Assembly: GCA_964016885.1 (NCBI GenBank)
Contig: OZ024756.1
Coordinates: 16,616,001 to 16,680,000, forward strand
DNA length: 64,000 bases
Reading direction: 5' to 3'
DNA from: Eledone cirrhosa
Taxonomy: Eukaryota
Shown: piece by piece, positions 1 to 14,655 of the stretch
How positions within the stretch are numbered: position 1 is the stretch's first letter
Layout: each line of letters opens with the position of its first letter
Program-made: the position numbers and the translations under genes
The notes under the pieces: model-generated
The model's input: only the letters and a program-made list of their open reading frames with translations
What the model was told of the DNA's origin: nothing
Databases searched by the model: none

Positions 1-314
1 TATGATGATTAATCACAGATCATCATCATCATTTAATGCTTGCATGGGTCACACATATATACACAATTGCACCCACTCATAGATATATACATACAGAAAA
101 ACGCACATATATATATTGATAAATACATAGATAAATGCACATACATAAATACACACACATACATTGATAAACACACATATAGTGAAATCAACTGAAGTTC
201 AATATTTCATAGGAAAACTCACCAAATGATTTAGAACTACCGAGGAAGATTGGAAGACTTTCTGTGATATTAGAAGCTAGAAATATATTTTAAAAATAAA
301 AATATATATATATA

Positions 315-802
315 CCGTATTTTGGGGAATATAGGGTGCACTTTCTTTTTAAAAATTTGACCCTCAAAATCACTGTGCGTCTTAAAAGGCGAAGGTCAGA
401 TTTAGGGTAATTACCATATGTCAATATTTTATAATTAAAAAGTAGGAAATATTGGGGTGCTGTGAAAACCAAGACAGTTATAAAAGGTTTTAAAAAATGT
501 GGCATCAGCAATGCCCAAGATGGCACCAAAATGATTTTCTGTATAATGATAGCCATACAAGTGATTCTGTAGACAGCGATGACCCTAAGGAATGTAAGTA
601 AGTCGATGAATTTCAGGAACTAGATGACGGTGACAACCAGGAAATCAATGAGGATGACAATAGTCATGATTTTATAAGATTTGAAAGTGATTAAAATGTT
701 AATAGCATTAATAGCGTTAATTCCCTTTAATTTTATTTTTCCTGGATATTCATTTAGAGTGTGTCCTATATTCCGGTGCATCTTATATTCCCCAAAATAC
801 TG
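315..802 (+). mobile_element. Internally deleted pogo/Tigger-like (Tc1/mariner) DNA transposon
   Basis: TIRs CCGTATTTTGGGGAATATA ... TATATTCCCCAAAATACTG flanked by TA; internal remnant reads VIKGFKKCGISNAQDGT, like pogo DDE C-termini. Confidence 0.7.
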
Positions 803-979
803 TATATATACGGATGGATGATGATGGTGATGGTGTTGATGATGACGACGACGAGCCTGCATTTCTTTGTGGTTGTTTGGATGATATACACGTCTTCAGG
901 TGAGAGTCCAAGAAGATCCAAAAATCGATTAAAGATGTTTAGCGCCCACTTTGAGAACCTCTGCTTTATAATATATATA

Positions 980-1307
980 TCATCATCATCATTTTACATC
1001 TGCTTGTCCCTGCTTGCAAGGCTGGGACGTGAACTGATTCTGGCTTGATTTCTACAGCTGGATGCCCTTCCTAACACCAACCTCATTTACAGTGAGTGCT
1101 GGGTGCTTTTTTGCCATGGCACCTCCGCGACCACTTTGCAGTGGAATGATAGGGACCCCAGTCCCTATCATCTCATTTCTACAGCTGAGTAAACTGGAGC
1201 AATGTGAAATAAAGTATCTTGCTCAAGGAAACAACACATCACCCGCTCTGAGAATTGAACTCACAACCTTTCGATTGCAAGACCAATGCTCTAACCACTA
1301 AGCCATG
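980..1307 (-). mobile_element. tRNA-derived SINE, family 1 (other copies about 16138-16473, 39958-40175, 62584-62840, 63290-63545)
   Basis: On the minus strand: TGGCTTAGTGG A-box, GAGTTCAATTC B-box, CCTTGAGCAAG core and (ATG)n tail; several near-identical copies in the window. Confidence 0.8.
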
Positions 1308-2146
1308 TATGTATATATAAATGAAAAATGGCGTGCTGCCTTGGTGCGAATGTGATATATATGAATTAAAAAATAAAGCAAGAAACTAGGACTATCCGTC
1401 TGTGTGAAATCCTTTTCTCACTTACATTTCGCAGGGTTCGGACGCAACCTTTGTCTTCTCGTCAATGATTTGCTAGAACTTAAGTTCACATGTATCACTG
1501 ACTTGTTTTCTCATTTTCCTCTCTTTACGTTGCCTCACCATTTTTGTTTGTTTACATGTCTCTCTTTCTCCACCCAATTCTTTTTATCCCAATAACTTAT
1601 TTTAGTTATTGTTCGCGCTGGCTTGAGGTACCTGGTCTTTAATGTGAAGAAATACCGATGATGGCCAGAAGATCACTGATGACGGATAGTCCTGGTTTCT
1701 TGCTCTATTTTTTAATATCATCATCATCATCATATGCATACATATATATGTATATATATATATATATGTACACATATATATATATGTATATATATATACA
1801 AGGTGTCCCAATATATATATATATATACAGACTTCAACAACATTCTAATAAATATTATCTGTACAGGTAATCAAAGTATGTATACATTTTTTTTTTTGGG
1901 ACACACACACACACACACACACACCCCCTGTATATTACATACATATAGTTGTCGGAAATTATTCATCTTATAGTTAACAAATTATTCATCTTATAGTTAA
2001 CACCATCGGAGTTTTCTTTACAATAATACCTACCTTGCTTTCGATGTAAAATTTATGGTTTTCTTGTGGTTTGTGATGCAGTTTGAATGAATACAGCCTT
2101 GAAAATAGTCAGAAATTATTTGTTTTTCAATTACTTGGAACTCTGT

Positions 2147-2458
2147 GATCAATAGCATTGATAAAGTTTGAACTTATAACTCAGTGATTGACAGTATTGA
2201 TAAACTTTGAACTCATAACTATGTGATTGACTATTGATAAAGTTTGAACCTATAACTCTGTGATTGGTAGTATTGATAAACTTTGAACTCATAACTATGT
2301 GACTGGTAGTATTGATTAACTTTGAACCCATAACTCAGTGATTGGTAGTATTGATTAACTTTGAACCCATAACTCAGTGATTGGTAGTATTGATTAATTT
2401 TAAAATCATAACTCAGTGATTGACAGCATTGATAGAATTTGAACCCATAACTATGTGA
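2147..2458. repeat. 39-bp minisatellite, about 8 copies, just downstream of paralog A exon 6
   Basis: Unit GTGATTGGTAGTATTGATTAACTTTGAACCCATAACTCA repeated with variants. Confidence 0.85.
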
Positions 2459-2519
2459 TAAACAGTCAAGCACACTAACCAGGCAGCCAGTGTGCTAAAT
2501 TATAAGAAAGTCTTCTTAC

Positions 2520-2631
2520 CTGAAACTATGGGTGGTATTTGTATTTGATGATGACTTTGAGCAGCTTTACGTGGAGATGATCTTGTTGCCATTCTATTGG
2601 CAGGGGAGAGCGGTGACTTCACTGGAGATTT
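2520..2631 (-). CDS. E2F4: E2F4/5 paralog A exon 6 ([37 protein letters not shown])
   Basis: TTTTAG acceptor, CAG|GTAAGA donor, homologous to 36703-36796. Confidence 0.87.
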
Positions 2632-5600
2632 CTAAAACATTAAATAAACAGAAAGAATAAACAGAACTAAGCAGGGATTGAACTGGAAACATCACAATAA
2701 GGCTTTCAATTAAAACATAAACAATTCCCCTCTCTCCCCATTTCTTGCCCCTCTCCTCTCTTCCTGTCTCTTAACCCTTTTGATACCACACCACATGAAA
2801 CTCCCCTCTGCTTTTATGATACAAGTGTGTTTATATTCATTTTAAATACCTTCCATCAACATTTTATATAAGAACCTTTGTTAAGTTATGTTCCAAAAAC
2901 CAACCAAATAATGAGAAAGTTATTTTACTAAATATTTCCAAATTCTTGATTGTCTGATGACAGATCACCTCACTCCACATGCTAAATGTTTTTAAATCAT
3001 CATCATCATCACTGTTTAACCTCTTCACTGCTGTAGATGAGATAACTTGCCCTAACATGTATGAATTCCAATGCCACGGACAAGATAACTTGTCCTAACA
3101 TGTTTGAACTCCTTTCCAACAGTTCATAACTCCCAAGCTAGATGGGGTTACTAGCTTTTTGATGTGACATTTGTCTATCATTCCGATATGTGTTGTTAAT
3201 AAATGTTTGTTTAAAAAAATAGTCATTATACTGAAAAAAAAAAAAAAACCGGCACAGCAACGGTAACTGTGTAAAATATATGCAGCAGTCAACAGATTAA
3301 GGTGTTGCCCAAGCATGGCCGCAGCCAAAGTGCCCCAATGACCACGGTCAGTTGCATCTATCAATGTATCCCACATCTTGAGACACATCATCATCACCGT
3401 TTTATGTCCGTTCTTCCACGCTAGCATGGCTTAGACGGATTGTCCTGTTGTGGGCAGTGTCCAGTCGGCTGACCTTGTCTTGCTCATACGGGAACTGATT
3501 CTGGCTTGATTCCTAACACCAACCTCATTTTCAGTGAGTGCTGGGTGCTTTTTTTTCGTGGCACCTCCATGACCACTTTACAGTGAGTGCTGGGTGCTTT
3601 TTTGCCGTGGCACCTCCATGACCACTTTACAGTGTGGGCTGGGTGCTTTTTTGCCGTGGCACCTCCATGACCACTTTACAGTGTGGGCTGGGTGCTTTTT
3701 TGCTGTGGCACCTCCACGACCACTTTGCACACGAGGCAGCCATAGTGCTCCAATGACCACGGTTAGTTGCATCTATCAATACATCCCACATCTTGAGACA
3801 CATGAGGCAGCCATAGTGTTCCAGTGACCACGGTCAGTTGTATCTATCAATACATCCCACATCTTGAGACACACGAGGCAGCCAAAGTATTCCAATGACC
3901 ACGGTCAGTTGTATCTATCATACATCCCACATCTTGAGACACACGAGGCAGCTAAAGTATTCCAGTGACCACGGTCAGTTGTATCTATCAATACATCCCA
4001 CATCTTGAGACACACGAGGCAGCCAAAGTATTCCAATGACCACGGTCAGTTGTATCTATCATACATCCCACATCTTGAGACACACGAGGCAGCTAAAGTA
4101 TTCCAGTGACCACGGTCAGTTGTATCTATCAATACATCCCACATCTTGAGACACACGAGGCAGCCAAAGTATTCCAATGACCACGGTCAGTTGTATCTAT
4201 CATACATCCCACATCTTGAGACACACGAGGCAGCTAAAGTATTCCAGTGACCACGGTCAGTTGTATCTATCATACATCCCACATCTTGAGACACACGAGG
4301 CAGCTAAAGTATTCCAATGACCACGGTCAGTTGTATCTATCATACATCCCACATCTTGAGACACACGAGGCAGCTAAAGTATTCCAATGACCACGGTCAG
4401 TTGTATCTATCATACATCCCACATCTTGAGACACACGAGGCAGCTAAAGTATTCCAGTGACCACGGTCAGTTGTATCTATCATACATCCCACATCTTGAG
4501 ACACACGAGGCAGCTAAAGTATTCCAATGACCACGGTCAGTTGTATCTATCATACATCCCACATCTTGAGACACACGAGGCAGCTAAAGTATTCCAGTGA
4601 CCACGGTCAGTTGTATCTATCATACATCCCACATCTTGAGACACACGAGGCAGCTAAAGTATTCCAATGACCACGGTCAGTTGTATCTATCATACATCCC
4701 ACATCTTGAGACACACGAGGCAGCTAAAGTATTCCAGTGACCACGGTCAGTTGTATCTATCATACATCCCACATCTTGAGACACACGAGGCAGCTAAAGT
4801 ATTCCAGTGACCACGGTCAGTTGTATCTATCATACATCCCACATCTTGAGACACACGAGGCAGCTAAAGTATTCCAATGACCACGGTCAGTTGTATCTAT
4901 CATACATCCCACATCTTGAGACACACGAGGCAGCTAAAGTATTCCAGTGACCACGGTCAGTTGTATCTATCATACATCCCACATCTTGAGACACACGAGG
5001 CAGCTAAAGTATTCCAGTGACCACGGTCAGTTGTATCTATCATACATCCCACATCTTGAGACACACGAGGCAGCTAAAGTATTCCAGTGACCACGGTCAG
5101 TTGTATCTATCATACATCCCACATCTTGAGACACACGAGGCAGCTAAAGTATTCCAATGACCACGGTCAGTTGTATCTATCATACATCCCACATCTTGAG
5201 ACACACGAGGCAGCCAAAGTATTCCAGTGACCACGGTCAGTTGTATCTATCATACATCCCACATCTTGAGACACACGAGGCAGCTAAAGTATTCCAATGA
5301 CCACGGTCAGTTGTATCTATCATACATCCCACATCTTGAGACACACGAGGCAGCCAAAGTATTCCAGTGACCACGGTCAGTTGTATCTATCATACATCCC
5401 ACATCTTGAGACACACGAGGCAGCTAAAGTATTCCAGTGACCACGGTCAGTTGTATCTATCATACATCCCACATCTTGAGACACACGAGGCAGCTAAAGT
5501 ATTCCAGTGACCACGGTCAGTTGTATCTATCATACATCCCACATCTTGAGACACACGAGGCAGCTAAAGTATTCCAGTGACCACGGTCAGTTGTATCTAT

Positions 5601-8600
5601 CATACATCCCACATCTTGAGACACACGAGGCAGCTAAAGTATTCCAGTGACCACGGTCAGTTGTATCTATCATACATCCCACATCTTGAGACACACGAGG
5701 CAGCTAAAGTATTCCAATGACCACGGTCAGTTGTATCTATCATACATCCCACATCTTGAGACACACGAGGCAGCTAAAGTATTCCAGTGACCACGGTCAG
5801 TTGTATCTATCATACATCCCACATCTTGAGACACACGAGGCAGCTAAAGTATTCCAGTGACCACGGTCAGTTGTATCTATCATACATCCCACATCTTGAG
5901 ACACACGAGGCAGCTAAAGTATTCCAGTGACCACGGTCAGTTGTATCTATCATACATCCCACATCTTGAGACACACGAGGCAGCTAAAGTATTCCAGTGA
6001 CCACGGTCAGTTGTATCTATCATACATCCCACATCTTGAGACACACGAGGCAGCTAAAGTATTCCAGTGACCACGGTCAGTTGTATCTATCATACATCCC
6101 ACATCTTGAGACACACGAGGCAGCTAAAGTATTCCAATGACCACGGTCAGTTGTATCTATCATACATCCCACATCTTGAGACACACGAGGCAGCTAAAGT
6201 ATTCCAGTGACCACGGTCAGTTGTATCTATCATACATCCCACATCTTGAGACACACGAGGCAGCTAAAGTATTCCAGTGACCACGGTCAGTTGTATCTAT
6301 CATACATCCCACATCTTGAGACACACGAGGCAGCTAAAGTATTCCAGTGACCACGGTCAGTTGTATCTATCATACATCCCACATCTTGAGACACACGAGG
6401 CAGCTAAAGTATTCCAGTGACCACGGTCAGTTGTATCTATCATACATCCCACATCTTGAGACACACGAGGCAGCTAAAGTATTCCAATGACCACGGTCAG
6501 TTGTATCTATCATACATCCCACATCTTGAGACACACGAGGCAGCTAAAGTATTCCAATGACCACGGTCAGTTGTATCTATCATACATCCCACATCTTGAG
6601 ACACACGAGGCAGCTAAAGTATTCCAGTGACCACGGTCAGTTGTATCTATCATACATCCCACATCTTGAGACACACGAGGCAGCTAAAGTATTCCAGTGA
6701 CCACGGTCAGTTGTATCTATCATACATCCCACATCTTGAGACACACGAGGCAGCTAAAGTATTCCAGTGACCACGGTCAGTTGTATCTATCATACATCCC
6801 ACATCTTGAGACACACGAGGCAGCTAAAGTATTCCAATGACCACGGTCAGTTGTATCTATCATACATCCCACATCTTGAGACACACGAGGCAGCTAAAGT
6901 ATTCCAATGACCACGGTCAGTTGTATCTATCATACATCCCACATCTTGAGACACACGAGGCAGCTAAAGTATTCCAGTGACCACGGTCAGTTGTATCTAT
7001 CATACATCCCACATCTTGAGACACACGAGGCAGCTAAAGTATTCCAGTGACCACGGTCAGTTGTATCTATCATACATCCCACATCTTGAGACACACGAGG
7101 CAGCTAAAGTATTCCAGTGACCACGGTCAGTTGTATCTATCATACATCCCACATCTTGAGACACACGAGACCACGGTCAGTTCTATCTATCAATACTTCA
7201 TTCCAACTCTTGTTGATGTGTTTCAGGTCTCTGATGATTGTCGCTGATTGTCTGCCTCCAGTTCCTTCATCTTGTTATGACCTTTTCACCTCTTTCCACG
7301 GGTGGGGTGGGGGTGGGGGGGATAGAGGACCTGATTAGCAAGTCTCTTCAGTTGGGAGTCATGTGACGTGTCTCAACTAGCTAAGTCGACACTTGTACAT
7401 TATGTAGAGAGAGAGAGGGGCAAGAAGGAAGGAGAGAGAGGGAGAGGCAAAGAATGAGGGAAAAAGAAAGAGAGGCAGAGAAGGAGAGAGAGAGGGAGAG
7501 GCAAATAATGAGGGAGAAAGAAAGAGAGGCAGAGAAGGGGAGAGAGAGAGAGAGAGATTAAGATTTACCTTTTTCAGTTTCTGAGGGGTTTTCAAGGTAC
7601 ATTTCACATCCATCACTGAAGAGGTCTGAATTTGTTTGGCAGCAGTGTTCTGTTGAATTTCTGGTTTCTTGTCTTCTTGGAATGGTGGTAACTGTCCAAC
7701 TTCAGGGGTGGAAGCCTCACGATCTTTGTTCACTAACATCACATCAATAGGACCCGAAGTACTCTTCAAATAAATTTGGTAAATCTGGAAGAGAAAAAAA
7801 AAGATATAAACAATGTACAAAGCCGAATTTTCGACTTTTAACCCTTTAGTGTTCAAACCGCCCGAAAACACCCACACTAAAAAATCGTTCTAAAAATAAA
7901 CAAACCATCATCAAAATCTCGTCAATTCGACACTACTGCGAGATTAGGCCCTTACCTCGAAAATTAACACTTAATATAGTGAAACAACTTGAAACAACAA
8001 GTGTTTTTTTAACTTTGAAAGTACAACAATTTTTTTTTTGTATCAACATGGTTTATGAAAGTAGCGATACCGACTTTGAAGGTTTTACACACGATGACAT
8101 TCAGAATGAACAAGAAACAAAAGATAATATTAGTGATTTATCGTCAAATGAATCAGATGTTTACATTTCTGAAATTTCATCCGACGATGATTGTTGTTTT
8201 GAAAGTGAAAACGAAGGAGATCTCCAGGCCGCCATTGAAAATATTACAGCAAAGTAGTTGAAAAATACCACACCAATATATGTTCCCGATTTTATTCAAA
8301 ATACTGGTCCACAACACACATTAGCTCCCGATGCTAAAGCACTGGATTATTTCTTTTTGTTTTTACCATAAACTTTCTTCGAAGTTGTGGCAGAAGAGAT
8401 TAATCGATATGCCCAACAACAGATTTCAAATCGAGGAAAACCCGATCTGTTTGGCGACCGACAGATGCAAGCATTTTTTACCGTAAATATTATGTTCGGT
8501 ATAAAACAATTTCCAAGACTGTGGAATTAAAGGAGCACTGATATATGGTTTAGTGATCCTTATATATCAAGTATTATGCCGAAAACAACGTATTTAAAAT

Positions 8601-11600
8601 GAAACCAGTATTTGCACCTGGTTGATACTTCAAATGCCCCTATTAATTAATTTCACCTGCCCATAAAAGTCAAATTTAACCAAAAAAATCAGGTAAAATT
8701 ATACAATTGTAAATAATTGATATTTAAACATCTACTGACAAAATTTCAAGCCTGCACATAGAAAATTAAGGAATTACAAACAAATAAAATTGATAACCCT
8801 CTTGAGTATGATTAACTCAAAATAATTGTTTCTACTTTTGGCACAAGGCCAGCAATTATCCCAGTACATTACTGGTACTTTATTTTATCGACCCTGTAAG
8901 GATGAAAGGCAAAGTTAACCTCGACCGGATTTGAACTCAGACCATAAAGGACGTAACTCTTTGCTGCAAAGTATGGCGTCCGACTCTCTACTGATACTGC
9001 CAATCCAACTCAAAATAATTGTTTCTACTTTAGGCACAAGGCCAGCAATTACCCAGTGCATTACTGGTACTTTATTTTATCTACCTCGTAAGGATGAAAG
9101 GCAAAGTCAACCTCGGCAGGATTTGAACTCAGATCGTAAAGGGACGTAAGTATGCTGCAAAACATGGCGTCCGACTCTCTACTGATACTGCCAATCCAAC
9201 TCAAAATAATGCAAACAGATAAGCATGACGTTTGAAAATTAATGCGGATGCTAAAGGGTTAAACCAGCCATATCCGGCCAGAATTCTCTCATCTCTTTCT
9301 GTTCAAACCAACTGTTCATACTGATGTTAAGGTATTGATCTCAAAATTAATAATATCAAAATCTCACAGATCCAATATTATGTGAGATAATTTTGTGAGG
9401 TAAAACCTTTACTGCATAAATACAATAGTAAATATTATAGAGTAATGTAAATGTTAAAGGGTTAATATAATTCTCAGGCTCATATAACCTTAATGTAATT
9501 CTCAGGGAGATTCAGTATGACAAAATCTGGCCCTTTGAATTACAGGTACAGTCCAATTGATGGGCTTCCAAACAGTTTCTGTCTGCCCAATATCACTCAG
9601 AAGGCTTGGGTTGACCTGAGCTATGTTAAATGATACTTGCCCAAGAGGTCAGTGACTGGGATTGAACCCGAGACTTAATGATTGTGAAACAAACTTCTTA
9701 ACCATTCAAAAATGTTGTGTCCACATCATCCTCCATACACATCACACGTCTGTACCTGTGCAGTCTTCCCCACACACATCACATGTCTGTACCAGTGCAG
9801 TCTTCTCCACACACATCACACGTCTGTACCAGTGCAGTCTTCCCCACACACATCACACGTCTGTACCAGTGCAGTCTTCTCCACACACATATCACATGTC
9901 TGTACCAGTGCAGTCTTCTCCACACACACATCACATGCCTGTACCAGTGCAGTCTTCTCCACACACATCACACGTCTGTACCAGTGCAGTCTTCCCCACA
10001 CACATCACACGTCTGTACCAGTGCAGTCTTCTCCACACACATCATGTCTGTACCAGAGCAGTCTCCCAGACACATCACATGTCTGTACCAGTGCAGTCTT
10101 CTCCACACACACATATCACATGCCTGTACCAGTGCAGTCTTCTCCACACACACATATCACATGCCTGTACCAGTGCAGTCTTCTCCACACACACATCACA
10201 TGTCTGTACCAGTGCAGTCTTCTCCACACACACATATCACATGTCTGTACCAGTGCAGTCTTCTCCACACACACATATCACATGTCTGTACCAGTGCAGT
10301 CTTCTCCACACACACATATCACATGCCTGTACCAGTGCAGTCTTCTCCACACACACATCACATGTCTGTACCAGTGCAGTCTTCTCCACACACACATATC
10401 ACATGCCTGTACCAGTGCAGTCTTCTCCACACACACATATCACATGCCTGTACCAGCGCAGTCTTCTCCACACACACATCACATGTCTGTACCAGTGCAG
10501 TCTTCTCCACACACACATCACATGCCTGTACCAGTGCAGTCTTCTCCACACACACATATCACATGTCTGTACCAGTGCAGTCTTCTCCACACACACATCA
10601 CATGCCTGTACCAGTGCAGTCTTCTCCACACACACATATCACATGTCTGTACCAGTGCAGTCTTCTCCACACACACATCACATGCCTGTACCAGTGCAGT
10701 CTTCTCCACACACACATATCACATGTCTGTACCAGTGCAGTCTTCTCCACACACACATCACATGCCTGTACCAGTGCAGTCTTCTCCACACACACATATC
10801 ACATGCCTGTACCAGTGCAGTCTTCTCCACACACACATCACATGTCTGTACCAGTGCAGTCTTCTCCACACACACATATCACATGCCTGTACCAGTGCAG
10901 TCTTCTCCACACACACATATCACATGCCTGTACCAGTGCAGTCTTCTCCACACACACATCACATGCCTGTACCAGTGCAGTCTTCTCCACACACACATAT
11001 CACATGTCTGTACCAGTGCAGTCTTCTCCACACACACATCACATGCCTGTACCAGTGCAGTCTTCTCCACACACACATATCACATGTCTGTACCAGTGCA
11101 GTCTTCTCCACACACACATCACATGCCTGTACCAGTGCAGTCTTCTCCACACACACATATCACATGTCTGTACCAGTGCAGTCTTCTCCACACACACATC
11201 ACATGCCTGTACCAGTGCAGTCTTCTCCACACACACATATCACATGTCTGTACCAGTGCAGTCTTCTCCACACACACATCACATGCCTGTACCAGTGCAG
11301 TCTTCCCCACACACACATATCACATGCCTGCACCAGTGCAGTCTTCTCCACACACATATCACATGTCTGTACCAGTGCAGTCTTCTCCACACACATATCA
11401 CATGCCTGTACCAGCGCAGTCTTCTCCACACACACATCACATGTCTGTACCAGTGCAGTCTTCTCCACACACACATCACATGCCTGTACCAGTGCAGTCT
11501 TCTCCACACACACACATCACATGCCTGTACCAGTGCAGTCTTCTCCACACACACATATCACATGCCTGTACCAGTGCAGTCTTCTCCACACACACATATC

Positions 11601-14600
11601 ACATGTCTGTACCAGTGCAGTCTTCTCCACACACATATCACATGCCTGTACCAGTGCAGTCTTCTCCACACACATATCACATGCCTGTACCAGTGCAGTC
11701 TTCTCCACACACATATCACATGTCTGTACCAGTGCAGTCTTCTCCACACACATATCACATGCCTGTACCAGTGCAGTCTTCTCCACACACACATATCACA
11801 TGCCTGTACCAGTGCAGTCTTCTCCACACACATATCACATGTCTGTACCAGTGCAGTCTTCTCCACACACACATCACATGTCTGTACCAGTGCAGTCTTC
11901 TCCACACACACATCACATGCCTGTACCAGTGCAGTCTTCTCCACACACACACATCACATGCCTGTACCAGTGCAGTCTTCTCCACACACACATATCACAT
12001 GTCTGTACCAGTGCAGTCTTCTCCACACACATATCACATGCCTGTACCAGTGCAGTCTTCTCCACACACATATCACATGCCTGTACCAGTGCAGTCTTCT
12101 CCACACACATATCACATGTCTGTACCAGTGCAGTCTTCTCCACACACATATCACATGCCTGTACCAGTGCAGTCTTCTCCACACACACATATCACATGCC
12201 TGTACCAGTGCAGTCTTCTCCACACACACATCACATGCCTGTACCAGTGCAGTCTTCTCCACACACACATATCACATGCCTGTACCAGTGCAGTCTTCTC
12301 CACACACACATCACATGCCTGTACCAGTGCAGTCTTCTCCACACACACATATCACATGCCTGTACCAGTGCAGTCTTCTCCACACACACATATCACATGC
12401 CTGTACCAGTGCAGTCTTCTCCACACACACATATCACATGCCTGTACCAGTGCAGTCTTCTCCACACACACATATCACATGCCTGTACCAGTGCAGTCTT
12501 CTCCACACACACATATCACATGCCTGTACCAGTGCAGTCTTCTCCACACACACATATCACATGCCTGTACCAGCACAGTCTTCTCCACACACACATATCA
12601 CATGCCTGTACCAGTGCAGTCTTCTCCACACACACATATCACATGTCTGTACCAGTGCAGTCTTCTCCACACACATATCACATGCCTGTACCAGTGCAGT
12701 CTTCTCCACACACATATCACATGCCTGTACCAGTGCAGTCTTCTCCACACACATATCACATGCCTGTACCAGTGCAGTCTTCTCCACACACACATATCAC
12801 ATGCCTGTACCAGCACAGTCTTCTCCACACACACATATCACATGCCTGTACCAGTGCAGTCTTCTCCACACACACATATCACATGCCTGTACCAGTGCAG
12901 TCTTCTCCACACACATATCACATGCCTGTACCAGTGCAGTCTTCTCCACACACACACATCACATGCCTGTACCAGTGCAGTCTTCTCCACACACATATCA
13001 CATGCCTGTACCAGTGCAGTCTTCTCCACACACACATATCACATGCCTGTACCAGTGCAGTCTTCTCCACACACACATATCACATGCCTGTACCAGTGCA
13101 GTCTTCTCCACACACACATATCACATGCCTGTACCAGCGCAGTCTTCTCCACACACACATATCACATGCCTGTACCAGTGCAGTCTTCTCCACACACACA
13201 CATCACATGTCTGTACCAGTGCAGTCTTCTCCACACACATATCACATGCCTGTACCAGTGCAGTCTTCTCCACACACACATATCACATGCCTGTACCAGT
13301 GCAGTCTTCTCCACACATATCACATGCCTGTACCAGTGCAGTCTTCTCCACACACACACATCACATGCCTGTACCAGTGCAGTCTTCTCCACACACATAT
13401 CACATGCCTGTACCAGTGCAGTCTTCTCCACACACACACATCACATGCCTGTACCAGTGCAGTCTTCTCCACACACATATCACATGCCTGTACCAGTGCA
13501 GTCTTCTCCACACACATATCACATGTCTGTACCAGTGCAGTCTTTTCCACACACACATCACATGTCTGTACCAGTGCAGTCTTCTCCACACACACATATC
13601 ACATGTCTGTACCAGTGCAGTCTTCTCCACACACACATCACATGTCTGTACCAGTGCAGTCTTCTCCACACACACATCACATGCCTGTACCAGTGTAGTC
13701 TTCTCCACACACACACATCACATGCCTGTACCAGTGCAGTCTTCTCCACACACACATATCACATGCCTGTACCAGTGCAGTCTTCTCCACACACACGTCA
13801 CATGTCTGTGCCAGTGCAGTCTTCTCCACACACACATCACATGTCTGTACCAGAGCGTCTTCTCTCTTGCACACTATATCTGATTCCTCTTACATCATAG
13901 TTATCCTCTCAGCTTATCTCAGAATAACAACCAGCCAGCCAGCCATGTGAAGAGAGAGAGAGAGATAGAGAAAGAGAAGAAAGGAGAAACAAAGGATAGA
14001 CAGACAAAAGCAACAATGATTAAAACGCAGGTGTACTTACACCTTTCTGATCTGGGATCCCTAGTTGGGTCCCTGACGGTGCCTGTATGGATAATAAAGT
14101 ACAGTCAGGAAACACCTTACATATATCCTCGTAGCTCACGTAAGCCAACCTGAGACACAGTCAAGGAATAAATAATAAAACAAAGGGAAATAACTCTAGA
14201 CATTTCACATAACTCATAATCAACATCGTTTTTTACGTCCGTTTTTCTACGCTTACATGGATTGGACAGAGATAGAAGAGATTTAGTTTAGTATACAGTG
14301 AAATTCTGTCATAAGGAAATTCACGGGGTATAAAAAAAATTCCTTGTAACGAAAAATTCTTTATAACGAGATTGACCGAAACAAATTGAGCGTCTGTTTG
14401 TTATTACCTCAGGGATCACCCATGAGAGGGCACCAGTTTGAAAGGATTTAGTCGATCATATTGGCCTTAGTGCTTATTTGATCAAACTCTTTTTGTTGAA
14501 CTGTTAAGTTATGGGACATAAACAGTAAATATAAACTCCAACGCTAGCATGGGTTAGACGAGTTGTCCTGTTGTGGGCAATGCTAGGTAAGGTGACCATG

Positions 14601-14613
14601 TCTTCTTATATAG

Positions 14614-14655
<42 letters not shown>

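Noticed and set aside
1240-1307. tRNA-like sequence on minus
   Set aside because: Head of a tRNA-derived SINE; no complete cloverleaf
1-2519. Searched for paralog A exons 7-8 (Rb-binding motif)
   Set aside because: No PLLRLSP/EGVCD-like frame found; candidate acceptors near 960 hit stops. Probably outside the window.
3728-7168. Regular array resembling CRISPR
   Set aside because: No unique spacers, no cas genes, eukaryotic intron
9662-13900. 1412, 1328 and 1388 aa ORFs rich in His/Cys/Thr
   Set aside because: All three frames are open because the minisatellite unit has no stop codon; the same peptides cycle between frames; intronic and antisense to E2F
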